A stretch of DNA of 63,188 nucleotides, filler included, from Octopus bimaculoides (lineage: Eukaryota), in NCBI RefSeq assembly GCF_001194135.2. It is 3 parts of 3 records of this genome, joined end to end, with 100 filler letters (N's around TTAATTAATTAA, not from the genome) between each part and the next. Parts side by side here need not be neighbours in the genome. Positions count along the whole stretch, not along the records: positions 39,832 to 63,188 come from NC_068986.1; 2 more parts are not named here. The stretch is one strand, 5' to 3'. Position numbers and translations under genes: made by a program. The notes under the pieces were generated by a model that saw nothing but the letters and a program-made list of their open reading frames with translations, made no database searches and was not told the DNA's origin. Positions 61,367 to 63,188 of this stretch are shown here, one piece after another; position 1 is the stretch's first letter; the number at the start of each line of letters is the position of its first letter.

Positions 61367-62643
61367 ATGTTTTCCATGGTATGGTGCTTGGCTTTCTTTA
61401 CGATGAGGTTGTTTGGATGTTTCTGACTCCATTTTCCCATGACTTATCCCAAGTTTCTCATTATGAATAAATGAAGCTTTCTATTGTTTTTACGTTTAAA
61501 ATATAACATTCATGTCTCTGTACAACAGGATCGATAATACTCGGTACCGTTCGCATATCACTTGTACAGTAACGTGTTATTTGTACAACAATCGGTCTCT
61601 AAACTATCCGAGTGGTCCGACCCATCCTACCATCCACTTCATCAGCTAGCAAAGTAGTGGGTCTGGAGGGAAAAACATGTGGTGGGAAATGGAATATTCT
61701 AAAAGAAAATAAAAAGAAAGTAACCTGGATTTTTTCATCTTTAAATAAATTAAACGGAATGAAAGCAGAAAGTTGAATTTGATAATATAAAATATAATAA
61801 TATTATATACCAGATACCTAGTAGGTATTTAAACAATGTGTTCGTGGATAGTTGATAGGTTTGATTAGGTGCTGATGAAAGGACAATAATCCTTGACATA
61901 TGTATATGCACTCGTTATCTATATTTTCTATCTTCGATCGCATTCTTTACATAGACGTATTTGTTTACAAAGAGCCTAACTTACTGTGCTAGCTCTAGAT
62001 TCAATGGAAAATTTTCAGAGATAACTTTGAAAATGAAATTATAGCGTTCTTCACAGACGGTAAGACATAGTATTGTCTTATAAAACAATTATATTTAGCG
62101 GTATATTATGGTTACAAAAATAAATACTGTTGTCTTGTCAGCAATTAAATAGTATATTTTAATACTAGGTTGTGTGTGTACTTGTGTGTCTATATATGTG
62201 TATACCTATGTATATATGAATATGTAAATCTATGTGAATGGATGTGTGGTATACGAAACAAAGATATCGGTGATATCTAACGTTAGATAGTATTTGTGTA
62301 TGTGTATATGTGCATGTATGTCAAAATGGGTACATGGGCGTGTATGTGTGTATGAGCAAACGTATATGCGCGTGTGTATGTAATTATGTAATGACGTGTA
62401 TTGAAATACAAACAACATAAATACAAATGCACAAATGTACATGTATGAACATGTCTGATCCAGCACCACTCTTCTACTCCCCACACATCCCCGCCAATTA
62501 ATTTACTCAAAAATTTATGATCTAATTAACGGATATTGCTGTTATATTCATCCCTACAATTTTTTAACTAAAAGACAACCAACTAACTAGGTCTCTTAGC
62601 CTAATCCAGAATTATGAGAACGTTTATGCTATCTATCTTTATT

Positions 62644-62680
<37 letters not shown>

Positions 62681-62921
62681 TCAACTCTCTTTATCTCTTT
62701 CTCTGTCATTCTCTCGGTTCATCTCCCACTTATCTGCTTATCTATCTGATCTATCTCTATAACATTTTATTTCGGTCTTTGTTTATCTCTCAGTAGAACT
62801 GCCACTGCTTTCTCCTTCCGGCATGACAGGTAGAACCTCTCTCTCCACACACACACACACACACATGTATGTATGTATGTATATATATTTATATATATGT
62901 ATATACATATCTGTGTGTATG

Positions 62922-62959
<38 letters not shown>

Positions 62960-62960
<1 letters not shown>

Positions 62961-63188
62961 GAGAATATACAAATAATAACAACAGACGAGGACAGGTGGT
63001 GTAAATAACAAAAGTATATATTAGTATGACGCTCGGGAATACGGAAAGTCTTTGACGTTTCGAGCTACGCTCTTCAACAGAAAGAATACGGAGACAAGGA
63101 GAAAAACACGGAGAAAAAAATTGAATAGTGTTCAGTCAACGGTCAATCATAATAATGGCCGATCATAACAATGGCTGACCGGAAGTTA
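62960..63188 (-). mobile_element. Non-autonomous hammerhead-bearing repeat, same family as 15230-15475; continues beyond the window
   Basis: The reverse complement aligns to 15290-15460 and ends in (TA)n. Confidence 0.72.
63050..63084 (-). ncRNA. Minimal type-I hammerhead-like motif (A6U core variant with an extra A after the core)
   Basis: Minus strand CTTT-CTGTTGA-A-GAGC-GTA-GCTC-GAAAC-GTC-AAAG; perfect 4-bp stems I and II; ACGT palindrome replaces stem III; GUC triplet. Confidence 0.65.

Noticed and set aside
61600-61648. Minus-strand CTGATGA-A-GTGG...CCAC
   Set aside because: No GAAA or cleavage triplet after the putative stem II.

Overview
This is AT-rich, microsatellite-dense animal genomic DNA from a gapped draft assembly. 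The tRNA-derived SINE families look like those of Octopus; that assignment is from recollection, not a search. I find no intact protein-coding gene, and nearly all listed ORFs are microsatellite, N-gap or decayed-transposon artefacts. Decayed transposons: Dong/R4-clade LINEs (one at 3.6-5.8 kb, fragments at 18 kb and 53.3 kb, a head-to-tail array at 53.8-58.9 kb separated by (TAA)n), three Penelope-like element (PLE) remnants, Tx1-, RTE- and CR1-like LINE fragments, two DD34D-type mariner fragments, a DD41D Tc1/mariner and a second rosa/maT-like fragment, plus more than 25 SINE pieces. One well-bounded exon candidate lies at 11428-11573 (+). The most interesting signal is RNA-structural. Six minimal type-I hammerhead-ribozyme-like motifs, plus a doubtful seventh, are scattered across the window, mostly with the palindromic stem III typical of dimer-cleaving PLE hammerheads. 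Two of them sit in the arms of a ~590-bp foldback element (32670-33262), where they form the best-conserved block. All alignments and identities were judged by eye; SINE and fragment boundaries are approximate (about +/-10-30 bp).
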